Translations under genes and position numbers: made by a program
Part shown: in pieces, positions 1 through 12,869 of the stretch
Layout of the letters: each line of letters starts with the position of its first letter
How positions within the stretch are numbered: position 1 is the first letter of the stretch
Assembly: GCF_004010195.1 (NCBI RefSeq)
Contig: NC_057717.1
Coordinates: forward strand, 104,374,053 to 104,421,075
Length of the DNA stretch: 47,023 nt
DNA from: Chiloscyllium plagiosum
Lineage: Eukaryota
Direction: 5' to 3'
Notes under the pieces: generated by a model
The model's database searches: none
Seen by the model: only the letters and a program-made list of their open reading frames with translations
Told to the model about the DNA's origin: nothing

Positions 1-120
1 TATCTCAGTAACCCCCTCCACCTTCTATACCCCCTCCCTATTTCTGTCACCTCCTCAGTCCCTACACCCCATCCCTATCTCTGTAACCCCCTACACCCCC
101 TCCCTGTCTCTGATTTCTCC
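1..120. repeat. C/T-rich degenerate tandem repeat (ccctatctctgtaaccccctacacc-like units)
   Basis: About four imperfect copies; runs off the window start. Confidence 0.6.
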
Positions 121-1216
121 ACCCTAGGGGCTCCCAGGCAGGGTGGAGCTGGAGAGGTTTGGCTATAGGTGGTGGTGGGGGGTGGTGCTAGGAGGCAGGA
201 ATCCTCTGTGTTGTCCGCCCTCCAACTGGCTCCCTGCTAACACTCCCCTGTCCCCTTGAGGGGAAGGGGTAGCCTGGGCTGGGGGTGATATGTGTGTGTG
301 TGTGTGTAGGTCGATTGAGGGAACGGGGTGAGGGAGAGTGACTAAGAGAAGATGCTAGCCAGTAAAATCTCCAACGCATTCTGTGAGCCATCCTTCCATC
401 CGATGTGTTCCTCCTCCTCCTGCTGCTGAGCGACTTCACATCTTAACCTGGTCTTCGGAATTTGAACCGTTAAATCTTTACAAAATATATTCTCAAATCC
501 CAGGCAGAATTTGCTTCCGTTACGTCTGGGCTAGTTAAAATGTTAACACTACAAACAAAGCATCTGATGTAATTCCTAAATAATTGACTGATTTATTGTC
601 TTCAGGCAAAGTCCTCCCACTGAATTATAGAATCCCATAACAGAGGCCATTCAGCCCATTGATCCTCTAACCTTTTGGATTAATCCCACTCTCTCTGCTC
701 TTGCCCTATTGCCCAGCAACTTGTGCCCCCACCCCAACCACTCTCCAGTTTCATTCTAAACTTTTATAGTGAACCTACTCCTGCCTCACAGTGTGGACCA
801 GACCACCGCAACTCATGTTTCTCAATATCCTCACTCATCAACCCACTCCCAGATATCATGACCCCCCCTCCCCTCCGGATCAGGTTAGGACTTGAACCTG
901 GCCCTCTTAGCTTTGTAAAAGTTTGATTCTTTTAATCGTCAGTTATCTGAAGTTGGTCTCGTCTGCTTCCTGCCTCTCCTGACCCAATTCCTCCGTCTTC
1001 ACTCCCATTGTTTTACGATTTTATAAAGTCACTCCTTAACCTTCTCTGCTGGAGTCACTCCTTAACCTTCTCACCTGAGCTACGTGCTCAAATAAATAGA
1101 GAGAGAGCACGTTTGTGTAAATGGTCTTGTATTTTCTCCCTCTCTGGGTGGGAGAAATGTGAGGCACAGGAGAGAGAACAGTGGAGACAGGGAGAGAATA
1201 TTCTGCCTTCACTCAG

Positions 1217-1535
1217 TTTAGATTAGATTAGATTCCCTACAGTGTGGAAACACGTCCCTTAGCCCAACAAGTCCACACCAACCCTCTGAAGAGTCGCCCA
1301 CCCAGACCCATTCCCTTCTGACTTATGCACCTATCACTATGGGCAATTTAGCATGACCAATTTACCTGCCCTGCACGTCTTTGGACTGTGGGAGGAAACC
1401 AGAGCACTTGGAGGAAACCCATGCAGACACGGGGAGAATGTACAAACTCCGTACAGACAGTCACCCAAGGCTGGAATTGAACCTGGGACCCTGGTGCTGT
1501 GAGGCAGCAGTGCCAACCACTGAGCCACTGTGCCG
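1217..1535 (-). mobile_element. HE1-type tRNA-derived V-SINE
   Basis: Reverse complement of the GGCACAGTGGCTCAGTGG head, the GGAGTTTG..CATTCTCCCCGTGTCTGC core and the (TCTAA)n tail. Confidence 0.9.
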
Positions 1536-2044
1536 GTAACGTCCTTTCCCAGCAGGCTGTCTCTGGGTGACACTGTGAGAATTCACCTTGCTGCTGTTGC
1601 CCACGGTCGGGCAGGTGGTGGCTAACTCACAGAATTAGGTTTAAGGCCTCCATAAAGGCTATACCTGGGCCTGGCCTGAGTGCAGAAGCCTGTCGGTAGA
1701 CTCACTCAGCTCCCGAAGCCATTACACATCACTCACTTAGTCTGATGGTGTTACTATCGGGGAGGGTTCATGCCATTGATTCTCTCACATTCCTGCTGGG
1801 CCCCATTGTCATGGCAACTGAGATTTCTCCCCGGTGCATTCTGTTCATGTAGTTCTGCTGCCAGAGGTGGAAGGATAAAGGACAAAAGAATCTGGTGTGT
1901 ATCAATGTGAAGGAAGACCCTTCTAATGAGTTTCCCTGTCCTCCCTGCTCCAGCATTGGAAGCTGTGCCTTTCACTAATGCCTGAAATTTGGAATTCTCT
2001 CCTTCATCACTTTAAGCCCATTTCCTGCTTACAGTAGAATACTA

Positions 2045-2340
2045 GGTGGCACAGTGGTTAGCACTGCTGCCTCACAGGCCAGGGACCTGGGTTCGATTCC
2101 AGCCTTGGGCGACTGTCTGTGTGGAGTTTGCGCATTCTCCCCGTGTCTGTGTGGGTTTCCTCCGGGTGCTCCAGTTTCCTCTACAAAGATGTGCAGGTTA
2201 GGGTGGATTGGCTGTGCTAAATTGCCCTGTAAGGTGCAGTTTAGGTGGTAAACGTGGACAATGGTGATAGGGTGGAATGCTCTTTGGAGGGTTAGTGCAG
2301 ACTTGATGGGCTGAATAGACTCTAGCTGCACTATAAGCAT
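2045..2340 (+). mobile_element. HE1-type SINE
   Basis: Pol III A box TGGCACAGTGG, B box GGTTCGATTCC, V-domain. Confidence 0.9.
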
Positions 2341-3511
2341 CCTATCTCCAGTTCCTCAGCCTGTGTCACTGCTGTGCAGTTATGCCTCAGTTTGCCTTCT
2401 CCTCCTGCTCATGTTTGATTTGCCCTGCAGAGGTGACACCAGCTCCTGACTCTTCAATGTGCTTATTGAAAAGCATTTTACTGTATCTCAACAATCACAA
2501 CATGTCTCTGCCCACAATTCCAGCTCAGTTTCTAGCTTTGACTCTGATTCCACACCCAGGTTACGCTGATCAGGTTCAGTGAGCAGGAAGTAGTTAGCAG
2601 ACTCTCACCATCAGACACAGGAAAAGCTGAACAATTGAACATCGTATTCCTGAAGGAGCTGGGAGAGAATTCCAAGGCCTCTCACACCCTGCCCTTACAC
2701 TACTTTGACACTGACTGTTTATGGCTATTCAACATGGGGAGCCATAACCAACTTCCCTGATCCTGTGCTCCCGACCAATGAGATTTGTTTCACTAGTGGT
2801 CACTAGCAGGCGAGGAGTGGTGAAAGAACTTTCCCCTTCTTTGTTCAGAGGAAACTGAGGCCAATTTTCAGCATCCCACCTCGACAGATGTGCAAAATCA
2901 ATAAAAGAGTTGCATTTCTATCGTGCCTTTTAAGCTGTCCCCAAATACCTCACAGCCAGTCACGTCCTCTTAAAGAGCTTTTCTCTTTGTCTGAGGCTTT
3001 GGTTACTTCACTCTGTCCAAATACCATCCATGTGTAGTTGACTGTCAATGTTTTCCGGTCATTGCTCCAGTCTTTGGATGTTTTATTCTGTGAAAGGTGC
3101 TACATAAATGCAGGATCACTAAATTGTTATGGTCCAGGGGAGGCCATTTGGCCCTCTGTGCCAGCATTGGCTTTTTGAATGATCATCGTTATCCTGTGTC
3201 AATCTCGGCCTTTTCTCCCAACCCCCTGCACACCATTTCTATCCAAATACCTACCTAATGCCTGAACTGAACCTGCCTACCTCACATTTCCGGGCAGTGA
3301 GTTCCACACCCTCACCACTGGCTGGTTTTCCCTCACATCACTCGTGCTTTATTTGCACATCACCTTAAATGCATGTCCCTCTCTTTCTTGTTCCTGTTAC
3401 ACAGAGGAACAGCTTCCCCTCATCTACTCTACCTAGGCTGCTCATGGCTTTGGAAACCTCTATCTCGACCCAATTTATCCTCAGAACTGAAGTCTGTCCT
3501 CCCTGGAATCA

Positions 3512-3724
3512 TTGAGGAGAAAGTGAGGTCTGCAGATGCTGGAGATCAGAGCTGAAAGTGTGTTGCTGGAAAAGCGCAGCAGGTCAGGCAGCATCCAGGG
3601 AACAGGAGAATTGACATTTCGGGCATAAGCCCTTCTTCAGGATTCCTGTTCCCTGTTCCCTGTCGATTCTCCTGTTCCCTGGATGCTGCCTGACCTGCTG
3701 CGCTTTTCCAGCAACACATTTTCA
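3512..3724. mobile_element. Palindromic Penelope-terminus insertion (family A) with 14-bp TSD
   Basis: Inverted arms (GCTGGAAAAGCGCAGCAGGTCAGGCAGCATCC and its complement). TSD cctccctggaatca at 3498-3511 and 3725-3738. Confidence 0.8.
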
Positions 3725-3797
3725 CCTCCCTGGAATCACTCTTGTAAATCATGTTTGCACTCTCTCTGTTGTGTGAAAGATGTGTTCGTATCTTTAC

Positions 3798-4096
3798 GGG
3801 CAGCACAGTGGCTCAGTGGTTAGCACAGCCACCTCCCAGCACCAAGGTCCTACGTTCAATTCCAGCCTCAGGCGACTGTCTGTGTGGAGTTTGCACATTC
3901 TCCCTGTGTCTGCGTTGGTTTCCTCCCACAGTCCAAAGATGTGCAGGTCAGGTGAATTGGTTGTGCTAAATTGCCCATAGTGTTAGGTGCATTAGTCAGA
4001 GGGCAATGGGTCTGGGTGAATTAGCTCTTTGGAGGGTCGATGTGGACTGGTTGGGCCAATGGACCTGTTTCCACACTGTAGGGAATCTAATCTAAG
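3798..4096 (+). mobile_element. HE1-type SINE
   Basis: Head, V-domain and GGGAATCTAATCTAA tail. Confidence 0.9.
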
Positions 4097-4145
4097 CTTT
4101 TCCATAATGTGGTGTTCACAGTACTCCTGCTGAATTGCATGAGCA

Positions 4146-4433
4146 TAGAGTCCCTACAGTGTAGAAGCAGTCCACACAGACCCTCCAAAGAGATCACTCC
4201 CAGACCCACCCCTCTATCCCTCCCTGTAATACCCATGGCTAACCCACCAAACCTACACATGCCTGTGACACGATGGGGTGATTTAGCACAGCCAATCTAC
4301 ATCTTCAGACTGGGAGGAAACCCACGCAGACACGGGGAGAATGTGCAAACTCCACACAGGCAGTCACCCGAGGCTGGGATCGAACCCGAGTCTTTGGAAC
4401 TGTGAGGCAGCAGTGCCAGTCACTGAGCCACTG
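4146..4433 (-). mobile_element. HE1-type SINE, tail-to-tail with the previous copy
   Basis: Reverse-strand head and core. Confidence 0.85.
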
Positions 4434-4484
4434 CACGGTGCCCATTGTCTTGCGTCAGTTTAACATCACCTCATAATAAAAGTA

Positions 4485-4680
4485 AAATAATGGAGAAGCT
4501 GGAAATCTGAAACCAGCACAGGAAATACTGGAGAAACTCAGCAGGTCTGGTAGCATCAGTTTGGAGAAAGAGAAAAACAGAGTTAAACATTTTGAGTCCG
4601 CTCTGACTCTTTTTTACAAACGTCAACTCTGTTTCTCTCTCCACAGATGTTGCCGAACATGCTGAGCGTCTCTGTGCTCG
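4485..4680. mobile_element. Degenerate inverted-arm Penelope/MER6-like repeat (family C)
   Basis: CTGGAGAAACTCAGCAGGTCTGG..AGAGTT arm with inverted AACTCTGTTTCTCTCTCCACAGATG. Relatives at ~13515-13570, 33595-34055 and 35290-35375. Confidence 0.55.
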
Positions 4681-4825
4681 TTTCAACATCCCCTCGCTGT
4701 TCTTCTTCCCTCTGCCCTGATTAATAATGGAGCTGAGAATGCTCTATGGTTCATTAACTGCACTTCTCCGGCCTGTCCTGCCACTCTGTGCACATATACC
4801 AACCCTCCCCACCCCATCCCTGTGG

Positions 4826-5132
4826 GTGGCATGGTGGTTAGCGCTGCTGCCTCATATCACCAGGGACTCTGGTTCGATTCCAGCCTCAGGCGACTTCTGT
4901 GTGGAGTATGCACATTCTCCCCGTGTCTGCGTGGGTTTCCTCCGGGTGCTCTGGTTTCCATCCACAGTCCAAAGATGTGCAGGTAAGGTGAATTGACTAT
5001 GCTAAATCGCCCATCGTGTTAGCTGCATTAGTCAGAGGGAAATGGGTCTGGGTGGGTTAGTCTTCGGAGGGTCGGTGTGGACTGGTTGGGCTGAAGGGCC
5101 TGTTTTCATTCTGTAGGGAATCTAATCTAATC
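4826..5132 (+). mobile_element. HE1-type SINE
   Basis: Head, core and (TCTAA)n tail. Confidence 0.9.
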
Positions 5133-5766
5133 TCCCCCAATCCTGGAGCATCTTTAGAAATGTTATTAGCAGGTGAGAGCCTGGTTTGTAGTTTGAGTTT
5201 GTAATAGCTGGGAACCTCCCAGGAACGAGCAGACGGTATGTGCTGGATGGTCACGAGATGTGAATGTTATTCAATCAGCCAGGACTTTATGTCAGTGACA
5301 CACAGTAGCAGTCTCGAGGGGAACAGGAAGCAGGTTAAGCTGCAGAGGGATTTCAGTTCATACGCAGCCAGATGAGACAGTGCCACAGAAACGGCTTGAA
5401 TGATTCACTGTCTCCATCATCAGCAACACTGTCAGAATATTCAGAGAGACTTTTAAATAAAATCATGAGGAAAATGTGTGGAAATGCACAGCAGGTCTCT
5501 CAGCTTCTGAAGGAGGAAAACACGTGTCAGTGTTTCACAGGGAGACCACTTGATCCCTGGACCCCTGCTACTGCCTAGTGACCAGGATAAAGGAAGGGGC
5601 AGGCAGCAGAGAACACGGAGTTAAGGTCAACGCAGAGACAGCCAGAGATGAGTTAAGGAAAGTTGCATTATGCCGTGAGTGTGTGATCGGGAAGGGAATT
5701 GAAGAAACATTTGAAGGGGAGAAATTTACACGGGGAGTGGAACTAATCAGAGAGCTTGTTCAAAAA

Positions 5767-5981
5767 CAGAAAATATGATGCTGGAAAAGCACAGCTGTAC
5801 AGGCAGCATCTGAGGAGCAGGAGAATCGACGTTTTGAGCATTCGCCCTTTATCAGGAATGCTTATGCTCGAAACGCGATTCTCCTGCTCCTCAGATGCTA
5901 CCTGACTGGCTGTGCTTTTCCAGCATTACACGTTTTGGCTCTGACTCTCCAGCATCTGTGGTCCTCACTTTCTCCTACCTC
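5767..5981. mobile_element. Palindromic Penelope-terminus insertion (family A)
   Basis: Inverted arms; flanking direct repeat gttcaaaaa at 5758-5766 and 5982-5990. Confidence 0.7.
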
Positions 5982-6347
5982 GTTCAAAAAGGCTGGCCTG
6001 GATATGATGGACAGAGTGGCCTCTTTCTGTACAATATTGATGATGTCAAGAAGGATGAGGAACAATTAAAATCACGACAGAGCAGTGAAGGGTAATGCAA
6101 TAACTATCATCTAATGAACCTCATAGAACAGGAATAAACACAAATTATAAACATCTGGCAGGGTCTGTGAAGATGAACATTTCAAATCAATGGCTTTTCA
6201 TAGAAACAGAAAAAAATTAGGAGCAGGAATAGCCCATTCGCCCCTTTGAGACTGCTCCACCATTCAACAGGATCACGTCTGATCATCCAACTCAGTCCCC
6301 TGTTCCCACTTCCTCCCTTTGGTCCTGTTAACCCTAACACTAGGCTG

Positions 6348-7030
6348 CAGCATTGGAGGCTGAAGGGTGCTCTTATAGAGATTTATAAAATCATGGGGGG
6401 CATGGATAGGGTGAAAAGCCAAGGTCTTCTCTCCAGAGTAGGCAGAGTCCAAAACGTGAGGTGCATAGGTTTAAGGTGAGAGGGGAAAGATTTAAAGGGA
6501 CCTAAATCTAGGGTGGCACGGTGGCACAGTGGTTAGCACTGCTGCCTCACAGCGCCAGGGACCCAGGTTCAATTCTAGCCTTGGGCGACTGTCTCTGTGG
6601 AGTTTGCATATTCTCCCCGTATCTGCGAGGGTTTCCTCCCACAGTCCAAAGATGTGCAGGTCAGGGTGAATTGGCCATTCTAAATTACCCATAGTGTTAG
6701 GTGCATTAGTCAGAGGGAAATGGGTCTGGCTGGGTTACTCTTCGGAGGGTCAGTATGGACTTGTTTCCACACTGTAGGGAATTTAATCTAAGGGGGAACG
6801 TTCTCACGCGGAGAGTAGTGCGGATATGGAATGAGCTGCCAGAGGAAGTGGTGGAGGCTGGTACAATTACAGCATTTAAAAGGCATCTGGATGGCTATAT
6901 GAATAGGAAGGGTTTGGAGGGATATAGACCAAATGCTGGTAAATGGGACTGGATTAATTGAGGATATTCTAGTTGGCATGCATGAGTTAGGCCGAAAGTG
7001 TCTCTGTGCTGTACAACTTTAAGATTCTAT
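6348..7030 (+). mobile_element. CR1/HER1-type LINE 3' fragment interrupted by an HE1 SINE (6511-6790)
   Basis: RL.G.LIE.YKIM.GMDRV before the SINE; GN...RVV..WNELPEEVVEAGT..FKRHLDGYM resumes after it. Confidence 0.9.
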
Positions 7031-8379
7031 AATATATATCTACGTCCTTCTTGAAGATCTTCAATGTTTTGGCTTCAATAGTTTCCTGTGGCAGAGAATT
7101 CCACAAGCTGCCCAATCTCTGGGTGAAGACATTTCTCCTCAGCTCAGTCTGAAATGGCTTACCCTGTAACCTTAGCCTGTGACCCCTGGTTTCTGGACTC
7201 CCCAGTCATCAGGTAAATCCTTCCTGTGTAATTTTATAGGATTTTTTAATGAAATGCCTTCTCAGGCTTCTAAACTGTAGGGAACAGAGACGCAACCAAT
7301 CTAGTCTCTCCCAGTACATCTGTCCCAGCATCCCAGGAATCAGTCGATCAACCATCTTTGCCCTCCCTTGCTGGCCAGATCATCCCCCTCAGGAGACCAA
7401 GGCAGGGAGCCATCAGGACAGGCTAATGGTTAGTATGGAACCGGCAGGTTGCCTGATGAGGAAAAGCTGGACAGACTGGGCTTGTATCCATTGGACTTTC
7501 AAAGGATAAGGGCTGCCTTGATTGGAATATCTGAGATCCTGAGGATGGAGTGTGGAGGATATTTTCTCTTGTTGGAAAATCGAGAGCGGGGGTGGGGAGG
7601 AAGGAGATGTCGCTGTTTCTGAATCGTATCTGGGTCACATGGAGACCTGCGGAAGGGAGGGACAAAGGGGCTAAAGGGTAACTACTTCTGCAAAAAAACC
7701 CACTTCCCACTATATTTTGATGCATTTATGACAATAAATCTAAATATAAGACAAAGGCAGAAAATTAAACAGATGTCACCCATTTCTCAACAGCTGTAGG
7801 GAATGTTACATTCAAAATGATACGCTTGAAAGACTGAGTTAGCCTGAGAATTGAAACATGCTGAGAGACTGAAATCTATTATGCAGTCCTGGAGAAGCTC
7901 TCGCTGTCTCCATGGGTGATCTGTACTGAGAACATTTGTCCTGGATGAATGGACAAACAGCGAGAGAGGCCAATGGATGGGAAAGAATGTCTGGATGATC
8001 CAGTCGCACTGTCTCTCTGTGCCAAATGTAGCACACTCTGAATCTCTGCTCTCAACTGTCCAGCACCTGACTAGCCTCTGCTCTGAGCTACCCCGTCAGG
8101 AGGCAGGGTGATAGTTAGTCAGGCACAACTACCTCTTGTAGCTCAAAGAACTGGGCAAATCGATTCTTCACAAATATCCTCAATGCAAGTCTGAATGTTC
8201 AAGACCTGCTCAAACAAAAATTGACTCCCTGTAGGATTGAGAGTCCGAGAACGGGTAATTAATGTGTAAAAGCAGCAACTTGGTGAAGTTTATGGGATTG
8301 TGGGAGTTGGTGGGGGTGGCGGGGAATAGAGGGCAGGCTGCAAGACAAATGGCAGAGCGATGCAGACTGTACAACAACT

Positions 8380-8541
8380 CTAAGTTAACATTCACACAAC
8401 ACCAAGTTATAGTCCAACCACCTGATGAAGGAGCGGTGCTCCGAAAGCTAGTGCTTCCAATTAAACCTGTTGGAATGTAACCTGGTGTGGTGTAATTTTT
8501 AACTTTGTCCACCCCGGTCCAACACCAGCATCTCCAAATCA
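8380..8541 (+). mobile_element. Penelope-terminus insertion (family B) with 11-bp TSD and a short inverted arm
   Basis: TSD gtacaacaact at 8369-8379 and 8542-8552. Contains CTGATGAAGGAGC..GCTCCGAAAGCTAGTG. Confidence 0.75.
8419..8453 (+). ncRNA. Minimal type I hammerhead ribozyme motif (family B)
   Basis: cac-CTGATGA-A-GGAGC-ggt-GCTCC-GAAAG-CTA-gtg: core, 5-bp stem II, palindromic AGCT helix III, CUA triplet, 3-bp helix I. Confidence 0.65.
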
Positions 8542-8714
8542 GTACAACAACTTGTTAGCATTCACAGGGCACCCGTGGCCACAGGCTGCTCAGGAATTTC
8601 CTCACCGATGTGTCAGCAGCTTTAAATGTACCGTGATTTTCTCTGCAAATATGGAGTGTTCTACAACATCCTGAGGGTCATGAAAGGTGCTATGTAAATG
8701 TAATTCTTTGGTTC

Positions 8715-9160
8715 TATGGAGAGAGGCTAGATAAGCTCCTGATGTTTTCTTTGGAGCAGGGAAGACCGAGGGAGAAGGGGTGTTAGTTGATCGAGGTGTA
8801 TACGATTATGAGGGGCAAGGACAGGGTGGACAGGGAGCAGCTGTACCCCTTAGTCAAGGGGTCAGTAACGGGGTGGGGGGGGCACCATTTTAAGGTGAAA
8901 TGCAGGAGGTTTCAAGGGAATTTGAGGAAAGTTTTCCTCACCTAGAGGATGGTGGGGATCTGGAATGCTGTGCCTGGGAGGGGAGATGAGGTGGTGAACC
9001 TCACCACCTTTAAACAGTACCTGGATGAGCACTTGAAGTGTCATCACATTCAAGGCTATGGGGAAAGGGTTGGGAAGTGGGACTAGTGTTGGCAAAAATG
9101 TATTTTTGGGAGTTTAGCCTCAATGACTGAAGGCCCTCATTGGTACGTTGTGACTCTGTG
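8715..9160 (+). mobile_element. Diverged CR1 LINE 3' fragment
   Basis: Degenerate FSLE.GR.RG.LIEVY.IM / WNA.P motifs and 3'UTR. Confidence 0.75.
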
Positions 9161-9310
9161 ATGCCTCACGTTGTTTTCTGATTTCAGAAATGTCCATAAA
9201 TGAGGTGACCTTCAGAGTCACAAATAAAAATAGGCTTGGGCAAAGAATATGGACTGACAGAGAGCATGGATCGCACACCTCTCCTTTCAAACTTCACACA
9301 ATGTCTTAGA

Positions 9311-9565
9311 ACCATAGAATCCCGACAGTGTGGAAGCAGGCCATTCGGCCCATCGAGTCCGCACCGACTCTCTGAAGAGCCATCCCACCCACCCTCCTCA
9401 CACCCACTCTATCCCTATAACCGTGCATTTCCCACAGCTAACCCACTAGCTTGCACATCCCCTGCACACACTATGGGGTAATTTCCCATGGCCAATCCAC
9501 CCCTAACCTGTACATCGTTGTGACTGTGGGAGGAAACCGGAGCACCCTGAGGAAACCCACGCAGA
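9311..9565 (-). mobile_element. HE1-type SINE, 5'-truncated
   Basis: Tail and core only. Confidence 0.8.
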
Positions 9566-10023
9566 TGGTCACCTGTAGACAAGACCATCCCTAATTACCA
9601 CTGAGCCTTCCCTGTAGGAACTGCACCCTGCTAGGCCACATCAGACTGTGCTGAGGGCTCAACTAGATTGCTGTGTGGATCTGGACCAACATTGCAGGGC
9701 TCCCAGGCTTCCCACCTGAAGGTTAACACAGTCCTCGAAGGGTAGTTTGAACCAGATGTTCCATTACAAAGACTCAGCAGTGTGGCCGTCATTATTACTG
9801 ATGACTAGCTTTTTGTTCTCAATTTATTTAATGAGCAGAGTTTAAATGCCCCAGTGGGGTTTGAACTCATCTCTCTGCTCGTTAATCAAGCTCTGTGAAT
9901 TGCTCGTCTAGTTACATAACCATTATGCGACTGTGTGGCCAAGGGGACTACTCATGCCTCATCTCATTCAGCACCCATAACCCATCCAATTCATGTAACC
10001 AACTCAGCCCAGACACATTTTCT

Positions 10024-12010
10024 ATACATAAGATTGGTGGTATAGTGGACAGTGAAGAAGGTTCTCTGGGAGTACAGCCAGATCTTGGTCAACTAGGCCA
10101 ATGGAGTTTAGATTTTCTGTTAGATTAAATTCCCTACAGTGTGAAAACAGGCCCTTCAGCTCAACAAGTCCACACCGACCCTACAAAGAGTAACCCACCC
10201 AGAACCATTTCCCTCTGACAGATGCACTTAACACTACGGGCAATTGAGCATGACCAATTCACCTGGTCTGCACATCTTTGGACTGTGGGAGGAAACCGGA
10301 GCATCCGGAGGAAACCCACGCAGACACGGGGAGAATGTGCAAACTCCACACAGTCAGTTGCCCGAGGCTGGAATCGAACCCGAATCCCTGTCATTGTTTT
10401 TTTTAGATTAGATTACTTACAGTGTGGAAACAGGCCCTTCGGCCCAACAAGTGCACACCGACCCGCCGAAGCGCAACCCACCCATACCCCTACCCCTACA
10501 TTTACCCCTAACCTAACACTACGGGCAATTTAGCATGGCCAATTCACCTGACCTGCACATCTTTTGGATTGTGGGAGGAAACCGGAGCACCCGGAGGAAA
10601 CCCACGCAGACACGGGGAGAACGTGCAAACTCCACACAGTCAGTCGCCTGAGGAGGGAATTGAACCCGGATCTCTGGCGCTGTGAGGCAGCAGTGCTAAC
10701 CACTGTGCCACCGTGCCGCCCTTAGAGAAGGAAAGTAGGATAGCAGCCTCAAGGCAGAGACCTTAAGTGAGCTCGAGGTCATTGTGAGACAGTAGTGCTA
10801 ACCACTGAGCCACCGTGCCGCCCTTAGAGAAGGGAAGTAGGATAGCAGCCTCAAGGCAGAGACCTTAAGTGAGCTCGAGGTCCAGTGAGGCCTCAGAAGA
10901 ACTTGAGCACATATGTGAAAATTATAAAACCAGGTACCACTGGACTGAGAGTCACTATCAGACAGCGAGCAGCAGTGGATATTGGTGAACTGGAATCGGC
11001 ACACATAAGGAGCAAAGGTTTGGATGAACACAACATTAGGGAGTGGCTAGTGAGGGTCCAGGTCAGATACAGAGAGAGAGAGATTGGGTTGGATAGTGAG
11101 AGAGCAGGTCAGGGAGGGAGAGAGAGATAGGGGAGGAAACAGTGAGAGACCAGGTCAGAGAGAGAGATTGGGGAGTGGGCAGTGAGAGAGCAAGCCAGGG
11201 AGAGAGAGAGAGAGTGGGGAGGAGATAGTGAGAGACCAGGCCAGACAAATGTGAGGTGTTGCATTTTGGTGGGTCAAACCAGGGCAGGACTTATACAGTC
11301 AATGGTAGAGCCCTGGGGAGTGTTATAGAACAAAGAGATCTAAGGGTACAGGTTCAGAGCTCCCTGAAAGTGGAGTCACAGTTGGACAGGGCAGTAAAGA
11401 AGGCTTTCAATCTGTTTGCTTTCGTCAGTCAGAGCATTGAGTCCAGGAGTTGAAATATCTTGTTGCACCTAAGGCCACATTTGGAGCACTGCGTGCAGTT
11501 CTGGTCACTCTACTATGGAAAGGATATTATTAAACTAGAAAGGGTGCAGAAAAGATTTATTAAGATACTACCTGGACTGGAGGGTTTGGGAGAGGCTGGA
11601 TAGACTGGAACTTTTTTCCCTGGAGCATGGGACACTGAGGGGTTACCTTATAGAGGTTTATAAAATCATGGGAGGCATGGCTAGGGTGAATAACTAAAAA
11701 CGTTTCCACATGGTAAGGCGGTACTAAAATTAGAGGGCATAGGTTAAAGGTGAGAGGGGATAGATACAAAAAGGTCCAAAGGGGCAATTGTTTCACACAG
11801 AGGGTGGCGAGTGTCTGGGAGGCTACCAGAGGGATTGATGGAGGTGGTACAATTTGTCATTTAGTAACATTTGGGCAGGTACATGGATGGGATGGGTATG
11901 GAGGGATATGGACCAATCGCAGGAAAGTGGGATTAGATTCAATGTGAAAACTGGGCAGCATGGAGGCATTGGGCTGAAGGGCCTGTTTCCATGATGCAGA
12001 CCTCTATGAC
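10024..12010 (+). mobile_element. CR1 LINE RT C-terminal half and 3'UTR, split by a ~1.1 kb insert of nested SINEs and GA-rich DNA (~10109-11240)
   Basis: KIGGIVDSEEG..Q.DL.QLGQW at the left continues as KCEVLHFG.SNQGRTYTVNG..L.SV.EQRDL.VQV at ~11245. Confidence 0.85.
10110..10822 (-). mobile_element. HE1 SINE interrupted by a second full-length HE1 SINE (10404-10720)
   Basis: TSD gtcattgt at 10390-10397 and 10778-10785. The outer SINE head resumes at 10786-10822. Confidence 0.85.
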
Positions 12011-12244
12011 TCGATGACATTGGGAGTGAAGAGTTAGATGGCTGTTTTTAACTCAACAGGCCAAAGGGCCTCTCTCTCTCTGTGCTGTAGACCTCAATGG
12101 ACTTGATGATACATTGCCACTTCATCTGACTCCAATCAAACTCTAAATTTGCAATAACCTATTCCCAACTGCAACGCTGCTCAGCACCAGAGGCCGACAG
12201 GTGGTTCCTAGCCTCTTCAGTTCTGCCAATCCAACCTGCTTTGT

Positions 12245-12660
12245 TACATAAGAAACAGAGAAACCAGGAGCTGGCCCTTCAGCCCTTCAATAGGACCATG
12301 GGTGATCCTCCAGCTCATTACCATGTTCCCATTTCCTCCCCATTGATGTCTTTAGATGTCCAACCACTGCATTGAGTATGATCAGTGACCCGGCCTCCAT
12401 CTGGGGCAGTAGATTCCACAGGTTCACCACCCTCTGAGGGAAGAACTCTTTACTCATCTCAGCTGCAAATGGCCAACCCCACTGTATCCTGAGACTATGA
12501 TTCCTGGCTGTAAACTCTTCAACCAAAAGGTACATCCTCCATAGTCTGTCCAGCCCTGTTAACATTTCATACGTTTCAATCAGAAACCCTCCTCCCATCC
12601 TTTAAACTCTATTGAGCCCAGGCCCGAGTGAACAGTCCTACCCTGCTATTAGCCCCGGGA
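12245..12660 (-). mobile_element. Diverged CR1 LINE 3' fragment
   Basis: LIETY.ML.GLDR..., FFPQRVVNLWN.LP on the minus strand. Confidence 0.75.
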
Positions 12661-12725
12661 ACCCCCACTGCACTCCCAGGAAGGCAGCTGGTGCAAGGGA
12701 AAGATAGTTTATAGATAAATATAGG

Positions 12726-12812
12726 GTCGGGGTGGGTTACTCTTCAAAGGGTTGGTGTGGACTTGTTGGGCCGAAGGACCTGTTTCCACACTGTAGGGAA
12801 TCTCATCTAAAT
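12726..12812 (+). mobile_element. HE1 SINE 3' tail fragment
   Basis: GGGCCGAAGGACCTGTTTCCACACTGTAGGGAATCT. Confidence 0.75.
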
Positions 12813-12869
12813 CTAGTTCTGACAGTGGAGTGGCAATGAAATGGTCAGACTGCAATTTGAATATGAGAG

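Noticed and set aside
2045..2105. tRNA gene (also other SINE heads)
   Set aside because: A/B boxes belong to tRNA-derived SINE heads that continue into the V-domain and LINE-derived tail.
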